Shown here: in pieces, positions 30,578-39,910 of the stretch
Position numbering within the stretch: position 1 is the first letter of the stretch
Layout: every line of letters begins with the position of its first letter
Source: Eubacteriales bacterium
GTDB taxonomy: Bacteria > Bacillota > Clostridia > Oscillospirales > CAG-272
Direction of reading: 5' to 3'
NCBI GenBank assembly: GCA_045651165.1
Contig: JAZRRX010000058.1
Coordinates: 3,879 to 67,878, forward strand
DNA: 64,000 nt
Made by a program: the position numbers and the translations under genes
The notes under the pieces: model-generated
The model's database searches: none
What the model was told of the DNA's origin: nothing
Seen by the model: only the letters and a program-made list of their open reading frames with translations

Positions 30578-30898
30578 TTATTTCTTACAACTATCGCATT
30601 TCTTATAGCAAGCCTTGTCGGGAGATAGGGTGTATCTTTCAATCAACGCTCTGACCTGTGCCGAGCCTTCTGCGGAAAGCGAATAGTGCATCCATTTACC
30701 TTCCTTGCAGGAATCGACGAGTCCTGCCTCACACAGTATACGCATATGGTGAGAAAGAGTTGACTGTCCGATCTTAAGTTCTTCAAGGAGAGCACAACCG
30801 CACTTCTCGCCACTCATCAGAAGCTCCATAATCTCAAGACGATTATCGTCTGCAAGAGCCTTGAACATCTTTATTCCCTCGTTGTGCTTGAATGCCAT
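30578..30898 (-). CDS. ArsR/SmtB-family transcriptional repressor
   Basis: FKALADDNRLEI, EKCGCAL, QSTLSHHMRILCEAGLV, GKWMHYSL; AAGGAGG RBS. Confidence 0.9.
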   Translation of the reverse strand: MAFKHNEGIKMFKALADDNRLEIMELLMSGEKCGCALLEELKIGQSTLSHHMRILCEAGLVDSCKEGKWMHYSLSAEGSAQVRALIERYTLSPDKACYKKCDSCKK

Positions 30899-30915
30899 TT
30901 TGCTATTCCTCCTTA

Positions 30916-30941
30916 CAACACATTGATAAGTGTAGATATAT
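30916..30941. repeat. 26-bp repeat, copy 2 (likely ArsR operator upstream of the regulator)
   Basis: CAACACATTGATAAGTGTAGATATAT, inverted relative to copy 1 and lying next to the RBS. Confidence 0.7.
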
Positions 30942-30991
30942 TTTAACACACACTTTGACGTTTGTCAATATGTTTGGAAAATTTTAAATGG

Positions 30992-32401
30992 CTATTTTTT
31001 TACCCTAAAAATCATTCTTTTTAGCGCTTTTGCATTGAAGGGAATTAGGGGATAGAGATATGAGTAATCATCATTTAAGGTTTTGTTGGAGACAAGGAGC
31101 AATATGCAGAGCAAAATGCCACCGACAAATCCCCAAAAGTTGAAAAACCAAGTCAGAACGAGCAAAATCAGGCGCAAAAATTTGAAAGCATAACCGAGTT
31201 CGTAGTTTCTTTGCGAAAAATTGGCAATCGCAACAAATGCGCCGTAAACAACTACTTCGGGAATGAGCCAACCGATTTGGATTGAAAAATCACCCAAAAT
31301 GAGTCCTCCAATAACGGATAGAGAATTGGAAAGCATGCCCGGTGTGTTCATCGAGGCAAGTCGCAATCCGTCAATTATAAATTCCGCAAGTAATAGTTGC
31401 GCAAGAATCGGTAAGCGCCCGTGGTCTTTTGGTAAGACGAATTCAAGCCACGTTGGAACTGCTTCGGGATTGTGGATGGCTATCAACCAAAGTGGCATAA
31501 AGATAAGTGTCATAAAGAAAATGATATATCGCAAAACGCGAAGATAGCTTCCCGTGAGTGGTGGGAAATAGAAATCATTTGTGTCTTGCATAAAGTCGAA
31601 AAGTCGAGCGGGCAAAATCATTACCTCGGGGGAATTGTCGCAGATGATAAGCACGTTACCCTCCATCAGTTGAGCCGCTGCGGCATCGGGACGCTCGGTT
31701 GTTCGCACCTTGGGGAAGGGATTATACCACCTACTTTGTATAAGGCACTCAATAAGAGATTGCATACCCATAGTCAATGCTTCAACTTTTATATTGGATA
31801 TTTTCTTTTTTAAATTATTCACATAATTCAAATCAGCTTTATCCTCAATGTAGCACATAACCACGTCTGTTTTTGAGCGTGTGCCGACAGTCATATAGGA
31901 CATTTTCAACTTTGGATCACGAATTCTTCTTCTGATGAGTGCGGTATTAAATATTAGTGTTTCAACAAATCCATCTCGTGCACCCTTAATTACTCGGTCA
32001 TTTTCGGGCTCTGCAGTTTCTCTTGCAGGATAGGTACGCGCGTCAATAATGATTCCTCGATTCAAAAATGCAGAGCCAATCATTACAGTCGCACCTGAAA
32101 GCATCATTTGAACCATAGAATCAAGGTCATCTGTAACGTCTGCCTCAACATAGGGAATATTGTGAAATAAAAAGTCCTGAGCACTTCTATCCGTGCGCTC
32201 ACCAAGTGATTTTAAAGACAAAAAATGCACCATCATCTTTTGCATAACGGCATCTTTGACAAATCCGTCAATGAAATATAGAGTTAACTCGTCCTCTCCA
32301 ATAATTAGAGTTTTTTTGAGTATATCAAAATTGTCATTTACTGAAAAAATCGCATCAAGAGTGGCAACATTTTCGTAATAATTGGTTGATAATTTTCTCA
32401 T
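30992..32401 (-). CDS. Spore germination protein, GerA/SpoVAF family
   Basis: GARDGFVETLIFNTALIRRR, TERPDAAAAQLMEGNVLIICDNSP, LSVIGGLILG. Confidence 0.88.
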   Translation of the reverse strand: MRKLSTNYYENVATLDAIFSVNDNFDILKKTLIIGEDELTLYFIDGFVKDAVMQKMMVHFLSLKSLGERTDRSAQDFLFHNIPYVEADVTDDLDSMVQMMLSGATVMIGSAFLNRGIIIDARTYPARETAEPENDRVIKGARDGFVETLIFNTALIRRRIRDPKLKMSYMTVGTRSKTDVVMCYIEDKADLNYVNNLKKKISNIKVEALTMGMQSLIECLIQSRWYNPFPKVRTTERPDAAAAQLMEGNVLIICDNSPEVMILPARLFDFMQDTNDFYFPPLTGSYLRVLRYIIFFMTLIFMPLWLIAIHNPEAVPTWLEFVLPKDHGRLPILAQLLLAEFIIDGLRLASMNTPGMLSNSLSVIGGLILGDFSIQIGWLIPEVVVYGAFVAIANFSQRNYELGYAFKFLRLILLVLTWFFNFWGFVGGILLCILLLVSNKTLNDDYSYLYPLIPFNAKALKRMIFRVKK

Positions 32402-32464
32402 AATAAGACCTTTCGCTTTTATTATGATTATTATTGACACGATTTTGGACGAGTATAATGACAA

Positions 32465-32688
32465 GTTTCAAATTTTGATTTATAGAGATGTTAGTTTTAT
32501 TGAACAACGGACGTACACGGTGCGCCCCTACGGTGTTTGTGCGTCAAATATCGCAAATTAGTAGCCATTTCGTTTACAATTTGGCTATTATATGGCTTTA
32601 AAAATTACTAATCTCTTTGTAGGGGCGCACCGTGTGCGTCCGCTTCATAGGCAAACTAACTTTTAAACTTCTCGACAAATCCCAATTT
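32465..32688 (+). mobile_element. Non-autonomous element copy A: conserved outer termini enclosing a GTAG-REP doublet
   Basis: Left GTTTCAAATTTTGATTT, right AAATCCCAATTT; REPs 32508-32531 and 32619-32642 (23/24 inverted); about 95% identical to 63464-63687. Confidence 0.8.
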
Positions 32689-32704
32689 ATATTTATCATC
32701 AAAC

Positions 32705-32733
32705 AAAAAGCCCACACGAAACTGTGTGGGCTT
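32705..32733 (-). terminator. Terminator of the pot operon
   Basis: AAGCCCACAC-GAAACT-GTGTGGGCTT with an A tract. Confidence 0.7.
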
Positions 32734-32737
32734 GAGT

Positions 32738-34105
32738 TTATTTAGCTGATTGTTTTGCTTTTTTGCGCTCTCTATCTCTATCGCGATAGAACTTTGAACG
32801 CTTTTTCTTAATGTATGTGGTGTAAATGGCAAATCCCAATACTCCAACAATTATAACAAAGCTTGTTATGTGAATCCATGCTTCAGTTGAATTTTCTGTC
32901 TTCAAAGATTCCCAAAGCTCATTTACGTGCTTTTGAATATCGACGTTTTCATCTTTATAGTAGTCTTCATAAGCAAGGTCATAGGGATAAATTTCCTTAT
33001 AATCTTCTTTAGTTGTACCATAAAGAATTTCATAAGCATCGATAATGCAATTATCTTCGTCATCGTAAATGCTATAGTTGTAATCGAGCATTTCTTGATA
33101 GTATTCGCTATTTTGTACCGCTTTGTTTGGAGATGCGTAACCGATGTAAAGTGCATTTGCAGTTGCCGCCTCTTCACTTATCATATAGTTGATATATTCG
33201 TGTGCAATTTCGGGATGCTTTGATGTCACCGGAATACACATTGCGTCAACGAAATAGTTTGTGCCTTCACTTGGGTAGTAGAAACGAAGGTCGTTGTTAT
33301 CCGCTGCCATTGTCAAGAAGTCACCTGCAAAATAGGAGGCAATATAAGCGGATGCACTCTTCATTTTATTGAAGATTTCATCGTTTACGTAACCTTGAAG
33401 AATGGGCTTTTGTTCTTTTAAAAGTTCAAGAGCAGCAGTCCAATCTGCAGGATTTGACGAGTTAATATCAATTCCTAATTTAAACATTGCAGTTGCAAAT
33501 GCATCGCGGGGGTTATTAAACTGAAGGATTTTTCCTGAATATTTTTTATTCCAAAGAAGATCCCAGCTTTCATTTTCAACATCTTCGTTCTTAACAAATT
33601 CAGAGTTATAGATGACACCAACCATACCATAGGTATAAGGCACACTGTACTTGTTCTCTTGGTCATAAGGAAGATTCTTGAAATCGTCACTAATGTTGCT
33701 GTAATTAGTCAAAATTTCATAATTAAGAGGCAAAAGCATATCATTGCCAATCATTTTTTGAATCATATAGTCTGAAGGAATGACAATGTCATAAGCCACA
33801 GCACTATTTGAAAGCTTTGCGTACATATCTTCGTTTGTAGCGTATGTAGAGTAATTAACTTTTACATAGACTTGATATTTATCTGCAAGATTTTCATTGA
33901 AATACTTTTCAAATTCCGCATTTACGTCGATAAGACCACACTCTTCATCATATTCGTCTGAAATGTATTCGCCCCAGTTATAAACGTTGAGGCTGATTGT
34001 TTCATACTTTTTGTTGCTGTTGTTTTCAACGCCTTCGGGTTCATCACAAGAGCAGAGAAGAAGGGCAAATGCCAATACAATAAGGAATAAAAATTTAATT
34101 TTCAT
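32738..34105 (-). CDS. potD: Spermidine/putrescine ABC transporter substrate-binding protein with an extra C-terminal TM helix
   Basis: LNVYNWGEYI, YDIVIPSDYMIQKM, PYTYGMVG, EGTNYFVDAMCIP; lipobox LLCSC. Confidence 0.85.
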   Translation of the reverse strand: MKIKFLFLIVLAFALLLCSCDEPEGVENNSNKKYETISLNVYNWGEYISDEYDEECGLIDVNAEFEKYFNENLADKYQVYVKVNYSTYATNEDMYAKLSNSAVAYDIVIPSDYMIQKMIGNDMLLPLNYEILTNYSNISDDFKNLPYDQENKYSVPYTYGMVGVIYNSEFVKNEDVENESWDLLWNKKYSGKILQFNNPRDAFATAMFKLGIDINSSNPADWTAALELLKEQKPILQGYVNDEIFNKMKSASAYIASYFAGDFLTMAADNNDLRFYYPSEGTNYFVDAMCIPVTSKHPEIAHEYINYMISEEAATANALYIGYASPNKAVQNSEYYQEMLDYNYSIYDDEDNCIIDAYEILYGTTKEDYKEIYPYDLAYEDYYKDENVDIQKHVNELWESLKTENSTEAWIHITSFVIIVGVLGFAIYTTYIKKKRSKFYRDRDRERKKAKQSAK

Positions 34106-34929
34106 TACTTTCTACCCCCTTTTCTCGCGCGATTTTCCGTTTTCTTGAAGCTCTTGATATTCGAAAGGATAAGAAGTGTAAATACAGTTACGATAATGAG
34201 TGTTGAAAGAGCATACATATCTGGTTTAACTGTCTTCTTAGTCATCGAATAGATGTGAAGAGGAAGTGTTTGGAAATTAGAGGGACTGACGAAATACGAA
34301 ATAACGAAGTCGTCAAGGGAAAGTGTGAATGCCATAACGGAACCCGAAATTACACCGGGCATAATGTTGGGGAGCTTAACCTTAAAGAATGCCTGCATAG
34401 GAGTACATCCAAGGTCGAGAGCTGCCTCTGAAAGAGAATTTCCAAGTTCATTGATACGAGGAAGAACGTTTAAAATTACATATGGCAAGCAAAAAGTAAC
34501 GTGTGCGATAAGCATTGCGAAGAAGCCGATGCTATCGTAATCCGCTATCTTGAAAATAGCAACCACTGCCGCAAAGAAGAGCATGAATGAAACACCGGTT
34601 ACGATATCGGGATTCATCATTGGTACATTGGTAACGCTATTTACCACTTTTTTGAACCATTTGCTTCTCATTTTATATATACCTTCAGCCGCTGCAGTGC
34701 CAATCACTGTGGAGATAAGCGCTGATGATATCGCAAGAATCAATGTGTTACGAAGGGCAATAAACGCATCTTCATCTTTAAAGAGCTTTAAGTACCAATC
34801 AAAACTGAATCCTGTGAAGTTTGCGGTGCTCTCACTTGCATTGAATGAGAAGAAAATGAGAGTGAGAATTGGTATATAGAGTATTGCAAAGATAATGCAA
34901 AGGTATATTCTTGATGCGTATTTTTTCAT
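34105..34929 (-). CDS. potC: Spermidine/putrescine ABC transporter permease
   Basis: LYIPIL, PDIVTG, EAALDLG, AFTLSLDDFVIS. Confidence 0.9.
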   Translation of the reverse strand: MKKYASRIYLCIIFAILYIPILTLIFFSFNASESTANFTGFSFDWYLKLFKDEDAFIALRNTLILAISSALISTVIGTAAAEGIYKMRSKWFKKVVNSVTNVPMMNPDIVTGVSFMLFFAAVVAIFKIADYDSIGFFAMLIAHVTFCLPYVILNVLPRINELGNSLSEAALDLGCTPMQAFFKVKLPNIMPGVISGSVMAFTLSLDDFVISYFVSPSNFQTLPLHIYSMTKKTVKPDMYALSTLIIVTVFTLLILSNIKSFKKTENRARKGGRK

Positions 34930-35738
34930 GGAATGATACCTCCTTCACTATCCTCGGTGAAATAGTTCATAACACCAAGTGAAATAAGGATGAGTACCAT
35001 CATTACAAGTGAGATTGCTGCTCCCACATTATATGAGCCGGTTACAAACTGACGCTCAATTGTGTCACCGATAAGTTCAAATGTACCTCCACCGAGCTTT
35101 TGGGAAATATAGAAGGTGGAAATTGAAGGTACGAATACCATTGTTACACCCGAGATAATGCCCGAAAGTGAGAGGGGGAGAATTACCTTTGTTAAGGTTG
35201 TGAAGGTGTTGCAACCAAGGTCGCTTGCAACCTCCCACATATTTTTGTCTATCTTTGATACACAAGTATAAATGGGAAGGACCATGTAGGGAAGGAAGTC
35301 ATATACCATACCGAATATAACTGCACCCTTTGTTCCTACAATATGTAAGTTAGTATTGAGTAGCGTGTTTAAAAATCCACCATCGTCAAGAATAGCCATT
35401 ATGGAGTAAGTTCTTATAAGAAGGTTTGTCCACATGGGGAGCATAAGAAGCATAATGTAAATCTTCTGATGCTTGGGGTTGCTTCTTGCGATTATGTATG
35501 CCAATGGATAGCCGATAAGAAGGCAGATAAATGTCGCTATTACTGAAAGCTCTATTGAAAGTCCGAATATTGAAACGTAATCTTTAAGTGACTTCACATT
35601 TTCAAGGGTAAATGCACCCTCAGGATCAGTGAAAGCATAAGCGATAACGATTATCAATGGAAGAACAATAAATAGTACTGCCCAAACAATATGGGGGAAC
35701 GCCGCAATAGAGCTCATAAATGACTTTTTATTTTTCAT
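34926..35738 (-). CDS. potB: Spermidine/putrescine ABC transporter permease
   Basis: LPMWTNLLIRTY, LPYMVLPIY, EVASDLG, VFVPSISTF. Confidence 0.9.
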   Translation of the reverse strand: MKNKKSFMSSIAAFPHIVWAVLFIVLPLIIVIAYAFTDPEGAFTLENVKSLKDYVSIFGLSIELSVIATFICLLIGYPLAYIIARSNPKHQKIYIMLLMLPMWTNLLIRTYSIMAILDDGGFLNTLLNTNLHIVGTKGAVIFGMVYDFLPYMVLPIYTCVSKIDKNMWEVASDLGCNTFTTLTKVILPLSLSGIISGVTMVFVPSISTFYISQKLGGGTFELIGDTIERQFVTGSYNVGAAISLVMMVLILISLGVMNYFTEDSEGGIIP

Positions 35739-35811
35739 TATTTATGACCATAACCTCAAAGAGGTTTCCTTTGTTTCGGAATTGCAGTTTTGAGTTAACA
35801 ATTAAACTCAA

Positions 35812-36978
35812 TTAAAATTCTTCAGCTGCTTCTGCATCAGAAAGCATATCAAGTTCATCAGAGAAGGAGGAGTAGTCGCCAAACATACCAGAATATTTAG
35901 ATTTCTTCATAATATGTATAGCATCTGGTTCGATATAAAGACCAATGAATTGTTCGGGAGCAACATAGTCAGTTGACTGAATCATCCACTTAAAGCCTTT
36001 AATGTCCACGATTATCTCATAGTGAACGCCCTTAAAGGTAACTGCTGAAACTTGACCTGTGAGCATACCCTTTTCGGGTTCAACAACGTCAACGTCCTCA
36101 GGACGAACAACAACGTCAACCTGCTCATTCTTTTCAAATCCCTTGTCAAGACAACTGAATGTATGTCCTGCAAAGCGAACATTGTAGTCAGAGAGCATAA
36201 CGCCGTCAATAATGTTCGATTCGCCGATAAAGTCAGCAACAAAAGCGTTTTTGGGTTCGTTGTAGATATCTGTGGGAGTACCTATCTGCTGAATTTCACC
36301 ATCTGCCATAACAACTATTGTGTCTGACATTGAAAGTGCTTCTTCTTGGTCATGAGTAACGTAAATGAACGTAATGCCGATGCTCTGTTGAATATTTTTA
36401 AGTTCAACCTGCATATCCTTACGGAGCTTTAAGTCAAGCGCGCCCAAGGGTTCATCCAAAAGAAGAACACGGGGGTGAGAAATAAGCGCACGGGCAATCG
36501 CAACTCTCTGTTGCTGACCACCTGACATTGTGCTAACGCTTTTGTTTTCAAAGCCTGAAAGCGCAACCATTTTAAGCATTTCGGTTACTTTTTCTCTTAT
36601 TTCATCTTCAGGTAATTTTTTAAGTCTTAAGGGGAACGCGATATTTTCATATACGTTCAAATGTGGGAAAAGCGCGTATTTTTGGAACACGGTGTTGATG
36701 TGTCTTTTGTTTGGGGGGAGGTCGTTGATTTCCTTGCCTTCAAAAAGCACTTTGCCCTCATCTGGGGTTTCAAAACCGCCAATAATACGAAGAGTTGTAG
36801 TCTTGCCACATCCTGACGGGCCAAGGAGAGTTACAAACTCTTTGTCTCTTATATAAAGGTTGATGTCGTGAAGGACTGTTTCACCATCATACTGTTTGGA
36901 TATGTTCTTCAAATCAACCACTTTGGTGTCGGTATAAGTTACCTTTGGTTTAATAATATTGCCGTTATTTTCTTTCAT
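35812..36978 (-). CDS. potA: Spermidine/putrescine ABC transporter ATP-binding protein
   Basis: [44 protein letters not shown]. Confidence 0.93.
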   Translation of the reverse strand: MKENNGNIIKPKVTYTDTKVVDLKNISKQYDGETVLHDINLYIRDKEFVTLLGPSGCGKTTTLRIIGGFETPDEGKVLFEGKEINDLPPNKRHINTVFQKYALFPHLNVYENIAFPLRLKKLPEDEIREKVTEMLKMVALSGFENKSVSTMSGGQQQRVAIARALISHPRVLLLDEPLGALDLKLRKDMQVELKNIQQSIGITFIYVTHDQEEALSMSDTIVVMADGEIQQIGTPTDIYNEPKNAFVADFIGESNIIDGVMLSDYNVRFAGHTFSCLDKGFEKNEQVDVVVRPEDVDVVEPEKGMLTGQVSAVTFKGVHYEIIVDIKGFKWMIQSTDYVAPEQFIGLYIEPDAIHIMKKSKYSGMFGDYSSFSDELDMLSDAEAAEEF

Positions 36979-37054
36979 TCCGCATAATACTCCTAACACA
37001 AAAATATTTTGGGGAATGGGGAGTGTAAGCACACTCTTATCCATCATAGCAAAT

Positions 37055-37083
37055 ATTGTAGCAGATATGAAGAAAAAATGCAA
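37055..37083 (-). promoter_or_regulatory. SigA-type promoter for potABCD
   Basis: Minus strand TTGCAT, 17 bp, TGcTACAAT. Confidence 0.55.
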
Positions 37084-37195
37084 TAGGTTTGAGAAAAAAA
37101 GTCGAAAAAAATCGGCAAAAATCAAGAAAAATTATGATTATCCGTTGGCAACTTGAATGAAATCAAAAAAACACCATTATTACTCGTTTAATCTC

Positions 37196-37810
37196 TTAAA
37201 TTCTCTCGAAATCTCTTATTTTGATGTTAAAAATGAAGCATTTTGCGAAGAAAATAAGGCAAAAAATGAACATAGGAACTCCATTTGATATTTTGAGCAT
37301 CATATATACCGAAAGTAACCATAAAGAAAGCAGAGTTGAAAATGACGTGATGCGAAGAATTTTATCCGCCGTATCGAGTGAAAAAAGAAGACAGAGAGTA
37401 CATTTTAAAATTCTTCCACCGTCAAGAGATGTAAGCGGAATTAGGTTGAAAATAGACAGGCAAAGGGAGAGAATTGAAAAGGGAAAGAGAAAGCTTTGGC
37501 AGAAGGGGATAGTCAGATTGCTCAATGCAATTTTATAGGTAAATGCAAATCCTACAAAGCCCACCAAGGGGCCACCGAGTGCAAATATCAATTCGTCCAC
37601 ATATGAGGGATCTTTTTCAGTTTTTATTCGACCTCCAAATAGGGATAATTCAAAACTTTTTATCTTTATTTTTAATATTTTTGCGCACAAAATATGGCCA
37701 ATTTCGTGCAAGAGGACGGCGCAGATAAGTGGAACAATAAACGGTGTGTTTGAAAGCATTAAAAATATAATCCAAATAATACTGAACGGTGATATTTTTA
37801 TTTTTTTCAT
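37196..37810 (-). CDS. Site-2 (M50) intramembrane protease, SpoIVFB-like
   Basis: LHEIGH, ALGGP, FNLIPLTSLDGGRIL; GGAG RBS. Confidence 0.85.
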   Translation of the reverse strand: MKKIKISPFSIIWIIFLMLSNTPFIVPLICAVLLHEIGHILCAKILKIKIKSFELSLFGGRIKTEKDPSYVDELIFALGGPLVGFVGFAFTYKIALSNLTIPFCQSFLFPFSILSLCLSIFNLIPLTSLDGGRILKCTLCLLFSLDTADKILRITSFSTLLSLWLLSVYMMLKISNGVPMFIFCLIFFAKCFIFNIKIRDFERI

Positions 37811-37976
37811 ATAGTCTCCTTGTTGAATTTATTAAAAGATTAGTTTTGTAAAATGGGGAACTCATTCATAAATTCCAAATTATCAAAACACTATCGTAGA
37901 TATAATAATTCTATTTAGAAAACCCCAAACATATATTTGTAATGAAAATATTTTCGGTAAATATTTTTAAAAACTA

Positions 37977-38005
37977 TTGACAATTTGAAATAAAAGTAAT
38001 ATAAT
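37977..38005 (+). promoter_or_regulatory. SigA promoter for the tRNA
   Basis: TTGACA, 17 bp, TATAAT. Confidence 0.85.
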
Positions 38006-38022
38006 AATTAAGTCGCGTAAGC

Positions 38023-38099
38023 GGGCCATTAGCTCAGTTGGTTAGAGCTACCGGCTCATAACCGGTCGGTCTTAGGTTCGAGTCCTAAATGGCCCACCA
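38023..38099 (+). tRNA. tRNA with CAT anticodon, most likely tRNA-Ile2 (lysidine-modified)
   Basis: Acceptor GGGCCAT/ATGGCCC, TAGCTCAGTTGGTTAGAGC, ACCGG-CTCATAA-CCGGT, GGTTCGAGTCC, CCA; G1-C72 pair argues against fMet; resembles Firmicutes Ile2. Confidence 0.9.
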
Positions 38100-38100
38100 G

Positions 38101-38133
38101 AAAAAAGCACTTGCATTTTGCAGGTGCTTTTTT
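38101..38133 (+). terminator. Terminator after the tRNA
   Basis: AAAAAAGCACTTGCA / TGCAGGTGCTTTTTT. Confidence 0.8.
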
Positions 38134-38256
38134 CATTTGTATAAATTTAATGTTTTAATGGTGTCAAAAATAGCTATTTGTGTTCGAATTTGTTGACAAA
38201 AGCGCGAAAATTGGCTATAATAGTTTATAATGATGTTTTGCCGGGGAGATAAATAT

Positions 38257-38712
38257 ATGAAGTGGTTACTTGACTTATTAAGAAATCCGTATTTAATTAC
38301 TGTGCTTGTGGCATTTTTTGCATCACAGACGATAAAATTGTTTACACACGCTATTGTATATAAAAAATTTGATATAAAACGATGGTTTGGTGACGGCGGT
38401 ATGCCAAGCTCACACACAGCCACCGTTTCATCAATGGCATTTTTTACGGGTATGACTTGCGGATTTGCAAGCTTTGAATTTGGCATTTCAATGCTTTTGT
38501 GTATGATTGTTTGCCGAGATGCCGTTGGTGTAAGAAACGAAACGGGTAAACAAGCCGTAATACTTAATGAACTTAAAAAGTTGATTGAAGGCAAAGAAGC
38601 TTCTCAAATCAAATTGAAGGAATTCGTTGGACATAATCCTATTCAGGTGTTATTTGGCGTTATTCTTGGATTTCTTGTTGCTTGCTTTATGCATTTGGTG
38701 GTGTTTGTATGA
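38257..38712 (+). CDS. Divergent PAP2 family (DUF212) membrane protein
   Basis: GGMPSSHTA, RDAVGVRNETGKQA, LKEFVGHNPIQV. Confidence 0.88.
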   Translation: MKWLLDLLRNPYLITVLVAFFASQTIKLFTHAIVYKKFDIKRWFGDGGMPSSHTATVSSMAFFTGMTCGFASFEFGISMLLCMIVCRDAVGVRNETGKQAVILNELKKLIEGKEASQIKLKEFVGHNPIQVLFGVILGFLVACFMHLVVFV

Positions 38713-39431
38713 CTAAAAGAACAAAGATTATTTTAATTTCATTGGCAATTATTCTCTTGCTTTCTCTTGTGTGTGGATTATTATATTTCTTTTTAGAATA
38801 TTTACCCGAAAAGAAAAGAAAAGAGGAGCTTATCCGTGCGGCGCAGGAGTATTACAATCAAAAGCTTTTGCTCTATGCGGAAGAAAATAAAGCATATTCT
38901 GATTATGAGGTGGATATTGCATTTATCGGTGACAGCTTGACTGACGGATATGATGTTGAAAAATATTATCCAGAATATAAAGTTGAAAATCGTGGAATTG
39001 GTGGCGATACCACGCACGGACTTTTGGCTCGACTTGACGTTTCTGTTTATCAACTTAAGCCGAAAGTTATAGTAATGCTTATTGGTGCAAACAATTTTGA
39101 TACTATGCTTGATGATTATGAGCAGATAATTATAGGCATTAAAGAAAATTTGCCTGAAACGAAGCTCGTTATTTGCTCGTTGACATCAATGGGTGGAGAA
39201 CTTTGGGGAAAGAACAATCACAAGGCCATATTAAATAACGTTCAAATAAAGGCTTATGCCGAAAAACACGAATGTCCTTACATTGATCTTTATACTGCTT
39301 TATTAAATATCGAAACAAATGAGATATACGAGCATTATACGACTGACGGTGGACATTTGACTGTGGCAGGATACGAAGTTTTCACATCTTGCGTTAAGCC
39401 TGTTGTTGATGAAATATTGAAAAACAAATGA
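38709..39431 (+). CDS. Membrane-anchored SGNH/GDSL hydrolase
   Basis: FIGDSLT, NRGIGGDTT, LIGAN, DGGHLT; ATGA overlap with the upstream gene. Confidence 0.85.
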   Translation: MTKRTKIILISLAIILLLSLVCGLLYFFLEYLPEKKRKEELIRAAQEYYNQKLLLYAEENKAYSDYEVDIAFIGDSLTDGYDVEKYYPEYKVENRGIGGDTTHGLLARLDVSVYQLKPKVIVMLIGANNFDTMLDDYEQIIIGIKENLPETKLVICSLTSMGGELWGKNNHKAILNNVQIKAYAEKHECPYIDLYTALLNIETNEIYEHYTTDGGHLTVAGYEVFTSCVKPVVDEILKNK

Positions 39432-39535
39432 ACAAAATTTATCACAATTTATCTAGTGATGTTGATTGACAAATTTGATAATATGTGGTAGAATATATGG
39501 GTGTAAATTGCAAACAATATTATTGAGGTGCACAT

Positions 39536-39877
39536 ATGAAAAAAATCATTTTAATCGTTTCTGTTGTGCTTGTTTTGGCTCTCTTGGTGTCATGTTATAT
39601 TACCGAGGAGGAGCAGAATATGGAAGGCGCTAAAATGACTGCTGTGATTAAAAACATTGCAGATAAAATTGAGGTTGAGGTAATTGAGGGTGATTACAAC
39701 GTATCTGGAATATATTGGGTAAATATTTCGTCCGATACGGTGTTTACAGATGAAAACAACGTTCGTTTATCTCTTTCTGATTTGAATGTTGGAGATATTA
39801 TAGAAATCACCTATAGTGGTCAGGTGGCTTTGAGCTACCCACCACAAATATCTGCAAGAAAAATTCAAATTAAATAA
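39536..39877 (+). CDS. Small lipoprotein (DUF3221/YobA-like OB-fold candidate)
   Basis: Lipobox LLVSC, GDIIEITYSGQVALSYPPQISARKI; TTGACA-17-TAGAAT promoter upstream. Confidence 0.65.
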   Translation: MKKIILIVSVVLVLALLVSCYITEEEQNMEGAKMTAVIKNIADKIEVEVIEGDYNVSGIYWVNISSDTVFTDENNVRLSLSDLNVGDIIEITYSGQVALSYPPQISARKIQIK

Positions 39878-39909
39878 AAAAATACGGAGCAATTTGCTCC
39901 GTATTTTTT
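39876..39909. terminator. Bidirectional terminator
   Basis: AAAAAATACGGAGCA-ATT-TGCTCCGTATTTTTT. Confidence 0.8.
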
Positions 39910-39910
39910 A

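Noticed and set aside
32465-32688. Element A/D as a CRISPR mini-array, integron attC site or IS
   Set aside because: There are no regularly spaced direct repeats, cas genes, integrase or transposase ORF, and the ends lack the attC RYYYAAC/GTTRRRY core.
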